Shown: positions 17,008-25,376 of the stretch, in pieces
Layout of the letters: every line of letters starts with the position of its first letter
Position numbering within the stretch: position 1 is the first letter of the stretch
NCBI GenBank assembly: GCA_965116475.1
Contig: OZ220691.1
Coordinates: 416,001 to 480,000 of the forward strand
DNA length: 64,000 nucleotides
Reading direction: 5' to 3'
DNA from: Gemmatimonadota bacterium
GTDB taxonomy: Bacteria; Gemmatimonadota; Gemmatimonadetes; Palauibacterales; Palauibacteraceae
Made by a program: the position numbers and the translations under genes
Notes under the pieces: generated by a model
Seen by the model: only the letters and a program-made list of their open reading frames with translations
The model's database searches: none
Told to the model about the DNA's origin: nothing

Positions 17008-19173
17008 TCAGGACTCCGATCCGTAGGGAATCCGCGCCACTTCCCGGAGCATATCCACGATCTCGGCCCCGATGGCCCCGATGTCGGCTTCGATCTCCTC
17101 AAGCGGGCGGGGCGGCTTGAAGCGGTAGAAGTAGCGGTTGAAGTTGATCTCGTATCCCACGAGACCGACGTCGCCGTCGCGTCGGTCGCGCTTCGTCGTA
17201 TCGATCCAGGCGTCGTCCGCGTGCGGCTGGACCTCGCGCGCGAAGAACTCTCGCACGCTTTCCGGGACGCCGTCGTCGTCCACAGGGTCGTCACCGTCGG
17301 GCAACGGCACGCGCTCTGTGTCCCGCAGTTCCGGATCGGGCTCGGGATGGCCGTGGGCGTCGCGGCAGATCTCCGCCGTCTCGTCCCGTTCCGAGAGCGC
17401 CTTGAGGATCGCCTTCCGTACCGGAACGCGCAGGTTGATCTCCGCCTCCTCCATGGCTGCATCCAGTACGACGGCGAACGCGTCGCGATCCTTGGGGAGA
17501 TCGTCCGGCATCGCCTCAAGCGCCGTCTTGATCGCTGCCTGTAGCGCCCGGCCTTCCTCCTGCTCGCGCTCCCCGGCCTCACCCCGTTTCCGCGACTTGG
17601 CCAGGTTCGCGAACGCCGTCTGCTCCTCCAGACGTGCCATGCGCTCCTCGCTCGCCTGGAAGTTGAGTCGCAGTGGACGTTCCACCGTGATCTTCCGGAA
17701 CCCGAACCGGGTCGTGGGGAATACGCGGCTGACCGGCACGTCCTCCTCACCGTCGGCGCCGACCACGGGCCGGGTCTCGCCATCCCGGAAGCCGCGGACG
17801 AGCGCCAGAATGTCCGCCGCCTTCTCCGCTGGAATGTCGCGCCGCTTGTCCCCGAGGCTCTTCTTGCGCGGCGTCCAGAAGGAGGTGGCGTCGATGAGTT
17901 GGACCTTGCCCGCCCGCCCCGGCGCCTTGCGGTTCGTGAGGAGCCAGATGTAGGTGCCGATGCCGGTGTTGTAGAAGAGCTGTTCCGGGAGCGCGATCAG
18001 CGCCTCAAGCAGGTCGTTCTCCAGGATGTGGCGGCGAATCTCGCTCTCGCCGCTCCCCGCGTCGCCGGTGAAGAGCGGCGATCCGTTCATGATGATCGCG
18101 ATGCGCGTGCCACCCTCCTCCGGCGTCCTCGCGCGCGCGAGCATATGAAGAAGGAAGAGCGTCTGCCCGTCGCTGATCCTCGGGAGGCCGGGACCGAAGC
18201 GGCCGGCCGCCCCGCGCTCGTGCTCGGCCTTGACCGCGTCCTTGTCCCGTTTCCAGTCCTTCCCGTACGGCGGGTTGGCGATCAGGTAGTCGAAGTGTTT
18301 GTCCGCGTGCCGGTCGTTGGAGAGGACGCTCCCGAACGCGATGTTCCTTGCGTCATGTCCCTTCGGATCCTTCATGAAGAAGTCCGACTTCGACACGGCC
18401 CACGTCTCGGGGTTCACCTCCTGCCCGAACAGGTGGACCTCCGCGTCGCGGTTGATCGCGGGCCGCAGGAGTTCGCCGTCCTCTTCCCTTCCCTCGAGGA
18501 TGCGCTGCTTGGCGATCATCAGCATGCCGCCGGAGCCGCAGCAAGGGTCGTACACGCTGCGCACGGTCCCCACCCGCGAGAGTTCCTCCTCGTCGCCGGC
18601 CAGCATCAACTCGACCATGAGGTGCACCACGTCCCGCGGTGTGAAGTGCTCGCCGGGGTTCTCGTCGAGGGCCTCGTTGAACTTCCGGATCAGCTCCTCG
18701 AAGATCGTCCCCATGGTGGGGTTGTCGACGACGTCGGGATGGAGGTCGAGCGTCCCGAACCGCTCCACGACCTGGTACAGCAACTGCGACTCGTCGAGCT
18801 TGCTGATCGTGTTGTCGAAGTCGAACCGCTCGATGACCTCCCGCATCTCGTCGCTGAACCCGACGATGTAGTTGCGCAGGTTCGCGGCCAGCGCGGGCGC
18901 GTCGCCGAGAAGGCGCTCGAAGTCGTACCGGGACGTGTTGTAGAACGCGAACCCCGACGCCTTCTTTAGCTGCGCGTCCATGTCCTCAAGACCCATCCCG
19001 CGCAACTCCGCCTTCCGCGCCAGCACCTTCTCCTTCGTCGGCGCCAGCACGCAGTCGAGCCGTCGCAGGACGGTCAGCGGCAGCATCACATCCTGGTACT
19101 TCCCCCGCTTGAAGGTGTCCCGAATCAGGTTCGCGACATCCCAAATGAAGCTGACGATCTCCGTGTGGGTCAT
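17008..19173 (-). CDS. hsdM: Type I restriction-modification N6-adenine methyltransferase subunit
   Basis: IVSFIWDVANLIRD, GEHFTPRDVV, YDPCCGSGGM (motif I), NPPY (motif IV), GYEINFNRYFY; ATG 19173 preferred. Confidence 0.95.
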   Translation of the reverse strand: MTHTEIVSFIWDVANLIRDTFKRGKYQDVMLPLTVLRRLDCVLAPTKEKVLARKAELRGMGLEDMDAQLKKASGFAFYNTSRYDFERLLGDAPALAANLRNYIVGFSDEMREVIERFDFDNTISKLDESQLLYQVVERFGTLDLHPDVVDNPTMGTIFEELIRKFNEALDENPGEHFTPRDVVHLMVELMLAGDEEELSRVGTVRSVYDPCCGSGGMLMIAKQRILEGREEDGELLRPAINRDAEVHLFGQEVNPETWAVSKSDFFMKDPKGHDARNIAFGSVLSNDRHADKHFDYLIANPPYGKDWKRDKDAVKAEHERGAAGRFGPGLPRISDGQTLFLLHMLARARTPEEGGTRIAIIMNGSPLFTGDAGSGESEIRRHILENDLLEALIALPEQLFYNTGIGTYIWLLTNRKAPGRAGKVQLIDATSFWTPRKKSLGDKRRDIPAEKAADILALVRGFRDGETRPVVGADGEEDVPVSRVFPTTRFGFRKITVERPLRLNFQASEERMARLEEQTAFANLAKSRKRGEAGEREQEEGRALQAAIKTALEAMPDDLPKDRDAFAVVLDAAMEEAEINLRVPVRKAILKALSERDETAEICRDAHGHPEPDPELRDTERVPLPDGDDPVDDDGVPESVREFFAREVQPHADDAWIDTTKRDRRDGDVGLVGYEINFNRYFYRFKPPRPLEEIEADIGAIGAEIVDMLREVARIPYGSES

Positions 19174-19311
19174 AGGCTCGAATCCGGGGACGTTGGTCCG
19201 GTGCCCCCCGCGGCGATCGCGCGTCAAACACTCGTTCCGTTGAAGGTGGCCCGCCCGTTTCGTATCACTTATCGACATTTGTGTAATGCAAATCTTGTAG
19301 CACCAAAACGG

Positions 19312-20432
19312 CTACCACACAACCGTGTCGCGCTCGACGATGTCGAGAAGGGGCTCGAACGCATACAGGGCTGGCCGGCGTCCGCTTGCCTTCTCCACCA
19401 CGTCGATGACGTCGCCCTCGCTTAGCAACTTGAGCGCTCGATGGGCAGTAGCGTTCGTTACGCCCGTGTCCTCAATGAACTCGGTCGTCGTGAAGATGGG
19501 CTCGCTGAAGATCGCATCCAGGAAACGAACGGTGTACGGCGATCTCGTGAGCCCTTCCACATGGGCCTTCATGTCGTCGTATAGGCCCAGGATCTCGCGG
19601 ACCCGTTTGTATTGTCCTCGGCCTGCGCCTGGAGCGCTCGTAGGAAAAAGCAGGACCACTCCGTCCAATCGTCGTCGCGAGACACCGCTCTGAGCCGCTC
19701 GTAATACTCTGCGCGATGGGAATCCAAGTAGTAGCTGATGTAGAAGACGGGCCTGCGGATGAGGTCATGCTGCCACATGAAGAGCGGTACAAACAGTCTT
19801 CCGAGGCGCCCGTTCCCATCCTGGAACGGATGGAGAGCTTCGAACTCCGCGTGGAGGATCGCGAGCTGCACCAATTGATCGAGGGGCGAGGGATCGTGCA
19901 TGTACTTTTCCCACGCCGACATGGCATCCGGCAGCAGATTCGCCGGAGGCGGGACAAACCACGCCTCGTCGATCGTACACCCCGGCGGGCCAATCCAGTT
20001 TGGTCCCGCCCGGAACTCGCCGGGGTTCCGGTTACGGCCGCGTACGCCCGCCAGGAGTCTCTCGTGAGCCTGCCGAAGCACGCGCAAGCAAAGAGGCAGG
20101 TCGTTCAGCAACCGACTCGCGTCGTACATCGCGGTCCGGTAGTTGAGCACCTCCTCGAAATCGTACTGCCGATGCTCCGACCCCTCGCGCCTTCCCGCCC
20201 TGAACTGAAGAACCTCCTCCATCGTCGTTCGGGTGCCTTCGATCCTGTTGGAAAACACCGCTTCCTGTGTCGCCATGGGAGCGAGGAGAACATCCGGATC
20301 CAAGATCGCTGCAAGCATACCGTCGTATCTCGCAACCGCTGCAGAAGCCGGACCCAGGAGAGGGATAATCCGAGACCAGTCAAGAAGGCCGTCCGGAGGG
20401 AACTTCCCGATGTGGTATTGTACCGGACTCAA
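19312..20432 (-). pseudogene. Fic-domain protein (Fic_N + Fic + C-terminal HTH) with a single-base frameshift
   Basis: AGGAGG SD before TTG 20432; SNRIEG inhibitory motif; HPFQDGNGRLGR; frame breaks at the T run 19606-19608 and continues as RVREILGLYDDMK...HTH to 19312. Confidence 0.8.
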
Positions 20433-20572
20433 CCGGGACCTCCTACGTCTTTCTCGAGACACCCGCCGTCGCCGTCGCCCACGGCCTCTCCGGACAGATC
20501 CAAGGTAACGATATCGCGGCCGCTTCGGGAAAGCTCGCGGCCGATGTGGCCGAGGCCCGACCGACATGGAAG

Positions 20573-20601
20573 TTGCCCCTCGACGCATCCTCCGACATCT
20601 T
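20573..20601 (+). promoter_or_regulatory. Putative sigma70-type promoter TTGCCC-N17-CATCTT, 8 nt before the sORF ATG (possible leaderless transcript)
   Basis: -35-like hexamer at 20573-20578, 17-nt spacer, -10-like hexamer at 20596-20601; no SD before ATG 20610. Confidence 0.4.
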
Positions 20602-20609
20602 CTCGCGCC

Positions 20610-20738
20610 ATGATTTGCGCGCCTGACATCCGACCTCTCCGCGCCCGCGGAGCGAGCTGCGCCTGCGGCACCCCTGCCTGCGGCACCTGCGCCTGTATGT
20701 GTTCGTGTCCCCACGACGCGTGGATCCGGGTGTGTTGA
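20610..20738 (+). CDS. Cys-rich 42-aa sORF, putative attenuator leader peptide (MICAPDIRPLRARGASCACGTPACGTCACMCSCPHDAWIRVC)
   Basis: 9 of 42 codons are Cys, 7 of them within codons 17-33; followed by a terminator and then a co-oriented gene. Confidence 0.6.
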   Translation: MICAPDIRPLRARGASCACGTPACGTCACMCSCPHDAWIRVC

Positions 20739-20770
20739 TGCGCTGAGCTCCAAGCTCAAACCGTTTTTCG

Positions 20771-20805
20771 AGCCGCCCCGGTCTGCCGACCCGGGCGGCT
20801 TTTTT
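20771..20805 (+). terminator. Intrinsic terminator / attenuator hairpin upstream of the ATP-grasp gene
   Basis: AGCCGCCC-C-GGTC-TGCC-GACC-C-GGGCGGCT stem ending in a T6 run, 38 nt before ATG 20844. Confidence 0.8.
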
Positions 20806-20843
20806 CGTGCCCCGTCCAACCGGACTCAACCCGAGAGAAACCG

Positions 20844-21881
20844 ATGACTCGTCCCGTTTTACCGCAGATACATGTCCTGTACGAAAACCCGGCCTGGATT
20901 CCGCCCCTTGAGGAGGCGCTCGCGAGGGAGGGCTTCCGGGTCCGCCTCGTGCACGTGAACGAGGGGCTCGTCGATCCGTCGGCCCCTCCGCCCGAGGGCG
21001 TCTGGATCAACCGCATCAGCCCGTCGTCGCACACGCGCGGCCACGTCCACACGGTGGAACTGGCCCGGCAGTTCCTGTACTGGCTGGAGTCGCACGGCCG
21101 CCGGGTGATCAACGGGCTCGGCGCCTTCGAGCTTGAGATGAGCAAGCTCCGGCAGGATCTCGTCCTGCGGCGGCACGGGATCCGCACGCCGCGCACCGTG
21201 CTGGCCGTGGGGAGAAGGCACCTGCTCCGAGCGGCCGCCACTTTCGATGGCCCGTTCATCACGAAGCACGACCAGGGCGGCAAGGGCCTCGGGATCCGCC
21301 TCTTCCACGACGCGCGGGAACTCGAGCGGCACCTCGACGGCGACGGCTTCGACGCGGGACCCGGCGCCCGCATGATCCTCCAGCAGTACATCGACGCGCC
21401 GGAGCCGTTCATCACGCGGGTGGAGATCGTCGGCGGCCGCTTCCTGTTCGCCATGCGGAGTTCCACGGCGGACGGATTCGAACTCTGCCCCTCGGATGCG
21501 TGCAACCCGATGCCCTCCGAGGGCAACGCACCCTCCGGGAGAGACGCGCCCTCCGGGACGGACGAGGAGGCGGCGCTCGAGGAAGCGACGCTCGAGGTGT
21601 GCCCGGCCGGCCCCGGCCTCTTCAGCCCCTCGCCGGTCAGGGAGGACGACCCGCTCGTGCAACGGTACATTCGGCTCTGCAACGAGGAGCGGATCGAGAT
21701 CGCCGGCATAGAATTCGTGCGGGACGCGTGGGGCCACCGCTACACGTACGACATCAACGGCACGACGAACTACAACCAGACGCTCGGCGCCCGGATCGGC
21801 GTCGACGGCATGGGCGAGGTGGCGCGCTACGTACGCCGGACGGCGACCCCGGCCCGACGGCGCCAGCGCATCGCGAGTTGA
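20844..21881 (+). CDS. RimK/glutathione-synthetase-like ATP-grasp ligase
   Basis: NRISPSSHTRG, EMSK, KHDQGGKGLG, LQQYI, GFELCPSDAC, IEF, YDINGTTNYN motifs. Confidence 0.85.
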   Translation: MTRPVLPQIHVLYENPAWIPPLEEALAREGFRVRLVHVNEGLVDPSAPPPEGVWINRISPSSHTRGHVHTVELARQFLYWLESHGRRVINGLGAFELEMSKLRQDLVLRRHGIRTPRTVLAVGRRHLLRAAATFDGPFITKHDQGGKGLGIRLFHDARELERHLDGDGFDAGPGARMILQQYIDAPEPFITRVEIVGGRFLFAMRSSTADGFELCPSDACNPMPSEGNAPSGRDAPSGTDEEAALEEATLEVCPAGPGLFSPSPVREDDPLVQRYIRLCNEERIEIAGIEFVRDAWGHRYTYDINGTTNYNQTLGARIGVDGMGEVARYVRRTATPARRRQRIAS

Positions 21882-21895
21882 GCGGTGTCCACCGG

Positions 21896-22291
21896 TCAGA
21901 CGCCGGGCATCGCCCTGATGTCGGGACACTCCAGCAGCGACGCGTCCGCCGTGACGAGCGTGAGATCGTGTACCATGGCGGTCGCCGCGATGAAGCGATC
22001 GGCCGGGTCACCATGGTCGAGGCGGATGCTGCGGCTGCCGAACGCGACCTCGAACGTCAATGGGACTTCGTGCACCGGCCGCACGGTCAGCGCTGTCCGG
22101 ATCCAACTCCAGGGATCGGGATTGAGGAGCACGCGCCCCTTCTCGGCGAGCACCAATACCTCCCAGACGCTGACGGGCGACAGCGCGAGGGTATTCTCCG
22201 GCGCGGCCAGCGCCGAGCGGGCCCGGCCGGAGATCCGGTCGGGCTCCAGCAGGCTCCAGAGCCAGACGTGCGTATCGAGGAGCAGCTTCAC
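21896..22291 (-). CDS. vapC: PIN-domain (VapC-like) toxin, copy 1
   Basis: LLLDTHVWLW, SPVSVWE, DPADRFIAATA, LVTAD; GTG overlaps the antitoxin TGA. Confidence 0.9.
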   Translation of the reverse strand: MKLLLDTHVWLWSLLEPDRISGRARSALAAPENTLALSPVSVWEVLVLAEKGRVLLNPDPWSWIRTALTVRPVHEVPLTFEVAFGSRSIRLDHGDPADRFIAATAMVHDLTLVTADASLLECPDIRAMPGV

Positions 22292-22656
22292 CGGGTCCGG
22301 TCGTCGCCCGGATCGGCGGTCTCCGAACGCAATGCCGCCCACTCGGAGGGGTCCGCCGCCGGCGAGACGATGTCGCCGACGATCTCACCGGTGTCGCTCA
22401 TCGCCCCCATCCAGCCGCTGCCGCCGATCTGGACCTCGGCCGCATCGGTTGCGGTGCCGGAGACGTTCGGGGTCGCCGTGTAGCCGGCGGCCAGCCGGGC
22501 CCGCTCGCGCACGACGCCGAACATGGGCTGCGGGAGCGCATGGCGGCTCAGCAAGTAGCGCAATTCGCCTTCCAGGGAACGATGATTCGCCTTCGCCCGT
22601 CTCTTGAGCGCGGCGATCAGGTCGTCGTCCACGTTCCGAATCGTGAGCACTCCCAA
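22288..22656 (-). CDS. FitA-like ribbon-helix-helix antitoxin, copy 1
   Basis: LTIRNVDDD..AALKRRAKANHRSLEGELR; coupled upstream of the PIN toxin. Confidence 0.85.
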   Translation of the reverse strand: MGVLTIRNVDDDLIAALKRRAKANHRSLEGELRYLLSRHALPQPMFGVVRERARLAAGYTATPNVSGTATDAAEVQIGGSGWMGAMSDTGEIVGDIVSPAADPSEWAALRSETADPGDDRTR

Positions 22657-22711
22657 GTGTCCTCCCCTTGCATCAGCCCGGCCTGGTCGTGCAGGTGATG
22701 TCGTAGTGTAG

Positions 22712-22725
22712 TGAAACCGGTTTCA
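22712..22725. promoter_or_regulatory. Perfect 14-bp palindrome TGAAACCGGTTTCA, putative operator
   Basis: Lies between the divergent antitoxin and BCCT genes; a degenerate copy lies upstream of the second TA operon (about 25255-25270). Confidence 0.6.
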
Positions 22726-22819
22726 TTATGCCATCTTCTTTCGGGGCGCGAAGACGTTCCCGCGGGAACGTCAAGGGCGAGGCTTCGAGCGTGGACACGA
22801 TGTCAGCACTGGGCACGGT

Positions 22820-24430
22820 GTGGAGGAAACGAACCGGATGAACGGCGGGCGGCGCCGGCGGGCCACGGCGCAGGGCGGGCTGTGGAAGGGGCTGAATCCC
22901 GGGATGGCGCTGGCCGCCAAGGGGGTCGTGCTCGTCTTCGTCCTCGCCACGGTCTGGGACGTGGAGGCCGCCGGCGCCGTGTTCGGCCGCGTCCGCGCCT
23001 GGATCGAGGGCACGCTCGACTGGTTCTACGTGCTGACCGTCTGCGCCACCCTGTTCACCTGCCTGTTCCTGGTCTGCAGCCGGTTCGGCCGCATCCGGCT
23101 CGGCGACGAGGACTCCTCGCCCGAGTTCAGCCGCTTCTCCTGGCTCGCCATGCTGTTCTCGGCCGCCGTCGGGATCGGATTGCTCTTCTTCTCCATCGCC
23201 GAGCCGATCTTCTACTTCGACAACAGCCAGGCCGCGGGTTACCCCAACAACCCGATCGCCGACCTCGCGGGCGCCGCGACGCTGGACGAACGGCGGGCCA
23301 CCCACGCCCTGCGCGCCACCTACTTCCACTGGGGCCTGCACGGTTGGTCCGCGTACGTCCTGGTCGGGCTTTGCCTGGCCTACTTCGGGTTCCGCAAGAA
23401 GCTGCCGCTGACGCTGCGCTCCGCGCTGTACCCCCTCATCGGCGATCGGATCTACGGCCCGCTCGGGGACCTGGTGGACCTGCTGGCGGTGTTCGGCGGG
23501 GTGTTCGGCATCGCGACCTCCCTCGGCCTCGGGGCGAGCCAGATGGCCGCCGGCCTCAACGTGCTGTTCGGCGTCGATCCGGGTCTCCTCACGCAGGTTG
23601 CGCTCATCGCCGTCATCTCGGTGGCGGCCACGTTGTCGGTGGTATCCGGCGTGAAGCGCGGGATCCGCCGCCTGTCCGAGTGGAACATCGGCGTGAGCGT
23701 GGTCCTGCTGGGGTGCTTCCTGTTCCTGGGTCCCATCCCGTGGCTCGTCAGTTTTGTGGCCACATCCGCCGCCGAGTACCTGTGGCGCGTGCTACCCATG
23801 GGGTTCTGGATCGCCGACGATCCGGGGGAGGCCGCCTGGCAGAACGCCTGGACGATCTTCTACTGGGGCTGGTGGATTTCCTGGGCTCCCTTCGTCGGCA
23901 CGTTCATCGCCCGCATCTCGCGCGGGCGCACGCTGCGGGAGTTCATCCTCGGCGTGCTCATCGTTCCGACCGGCCTGGCGCTGGTGTGGTTCGGCATCTT
24001 CGGCGGCAACGCCATCCACCTGGAACTCACCGCCCCGGGCGGGGTCGGGACGGCGGGAATCATGGACCTGGTGCGGAGCGGGAACTACGAGGCCGCGCTC
24101 TACGCGACGATCGACCGGATGAGCGACACCGACTGGCTCGCGTGGGCCATGTCCGCCATGGCCACCCTCCTCGTGGCGACGTGGTTCGTCACATCTTCGG
24201 ACTCGGGCACCCTGGTCATCACCACCTTCCTGAGCATGGGCGAACCTCACCCGCCGCGGCGTTTCCGCATCGTGTGGGGTCTTGGCGTGGGAGCGGTGGC
24301 CGCCGTGCTGCTGCTCGCCGACGGCCTCCAGGCCCTGCAGACCGCGGCCATAGCCGCCGCCCTGCCTGTGAGCGTCGTGCTGCTGTTCATGATCGCCGGG
24401 CTGCTCCGATCCCTGGCCCGCGACCCGTAG
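22820..24430 (+). CDS. BCCT-family (betaine/choline/carnitine) transporter
   Basis: SWLAMLFSAAVGIGL, FHWGLHGW, WTIFYWGWWISWAPFVGTFIARISRGRT, TSSDSG. Confidence 0.95.
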   Translation: MEETNRMNGGRRRRATAQGGLWKGLNPGMALAAKGVVLVFVLATVWDVEAAGAVFGRVRAWIEGTLDWFYVLTVCATLFTCLFLVCSRFGRIRLGDEDSSPEFSRFSWLAMLFSAAVGIGLLFFSIAEPIFYFDNSQAAGYPNNPIADLAGAATLDERRATHALRATYFHWGLHGWSAYVLVGLCLAYFGFRKKLPLTLRSALYPLIGDRIYGPLGDLVDLLAVFGGVFGIATSLGLGASQMAAGLNVLFGVDPGLLTQVALIAVISVAATLSVVSGVKRGIRRLSEWNIGVSVVLLGCFLFLGPIPWLVSFVATSAAEYLWRVLPMGFWIADDPGEAAWQNAWTIFYWGWWISWAPFVGTFIARISRGRTLREFILGVLIVPTGLALVWFGIFGGNAIHLELTAPGGVGTAGIMDLVRSGNYEAALYATIDRMSDTDWLAWAMSAMATLLVATWFVTSSDSGTLVITTFLSMGEPHPPRRFRIVWGLGVGAVAAVLLLADGLQALQTAAIAAALPVSVVLLFMIAGLLRSLARDP

Positions 24431-24450
24431 CGGAGAGTACCTGCCGTCGG

Positions 24451-24846
24451 TCAGGCACCGGGCAGTGCCTTGATGTCGGGGCACTCGAGCAGCGACGCGT
24501 CCGCCGTGACCAGGGTGAGATCGTGCACCATGGCGGTGGCCGCGATGAAACGATCGGCCGGATCACCGTGTCCGAGGCGGATGCTGCGGCTGCCGAACGC
24601 GACCTCGAACGTCAGCGGGATTTCGTGCATCGGCCGAACGGTCAGGGCCGTACGGGTCCAGGTCCAGGGATCGGGCTGGAGGATTACACGTCCCTTCTCG
24701 GCGAGCACCAGGGCCTCCCAGACGCTCACGGGCGACAACCCCAGGGTGTTCGCCGAGGCAGTCAGTTCGCGGCGGGCCCGGCGGGAGAGACGATCCGGAT
24801 CCAGCAGGCTCCAGAGCCAGATGTGGGTATCGAGGAGCAGCTTCAC
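24451..24846 (-). CDS. vapC: PIN-domain (VapC-like) toxin, copy 2
   Basis: Close paralogue of 21896-22291, same length and motifs. Confidence 0.9.
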   Translation of the reverse strand: MKLLLDTHIWLWSLLDPDRLSRRARRELTASANTLGLSPVSVWEALVLAEKGRVILQPDPWTWTRTALTVRPMHEIPLTFEVAFGSRSIRLGHGDPADRFIAATAMVHDLTLVTADASLLECPDIKALPGA

Positions 24847-25211
24847 CGCGTGCGACCGTCGCTCGGATCGACGGCCTCCGGGCGAAGTGCCGTCCACTCG
24901 GAGGGATCGACCGCCGGAGAGACGATGTCGCCGACGATCTCACCCACGTCGCTCATGGCTCCCAGCCACGTTCCGCCGCCGGTCCGGGGATCCGCCGCCT
25001 GGGGGGCGGTGTTCGGGTCGTTCGGCGTCACCTCGTAACCAGCGGCCATCCGGGCACGCTCGCGCACGACGCCGAGCGTGGGCTTCGGGACCGCGTGGCA
25101 GGCAAGCAGGTGGCGCAGTTCGCCCTCCAGAGAACGATGGTTGGCCTTCGCCCGCCTCTTGAGCGCGGCGATCACGTCGTCGTCCACGTTCCGAATCGTG
25201 AGTACCCCCAC
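24843..25211 (-). CDS. FitA-like ribbon-helix-helix antitoxin, copy 2
   Basis: Close paralogue of 22288-22656; GTG 25211 matches the copy 1 start. Confidence 0.85.
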   Translation of the reverse strand: MGVLTIRNVDDDVIAALKRRAKANHRSLEGELRHLLACHAVPKPTLGVVRERARMAAGYEVTPNDPNTAPQAADPRTGGGTWLGAMSDVGEIVGDIVSPAVDPSEWTALRPEAVDPSDGRTR

Positions 25212-25376
25212 CTGTGCACCTCCGGCGTCAACTTCTCCATGAAGGCGTAATGTATGGAAATCGGCTTCATTATGACAGCGCACGCCTCATCGCCAGAGAC
25301 GGGACTCTGCAACCTCCCCCGCTCCTCCTGTCCTCACGCCATCCCCCGACGTACGATCCGTTCGATAGGCTCGCAG

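Noticed and set aside
4536..20450. Island as an integrative element or prophage
   Set aside because: No integrase, tRNA target, att-like flanking repeats or phage genes were recognised.
20610..20738. sORF as a graspetide (ATP-grasp RiPP) precursor
   Set aside because: It lacks the Asp/Glu-rich acceptor core and has no Lys, and the ligase looks RimK/GshB-like. Disfavoured, though not formally excluded.
20433..20819. N-terminal extension of the Fic ORF given in the track
   Set aside because: Low-complexity Arg-rich translation; a good SD precedes TTG 20432, and the region is better explained by the plus-strand sORF and terminator.
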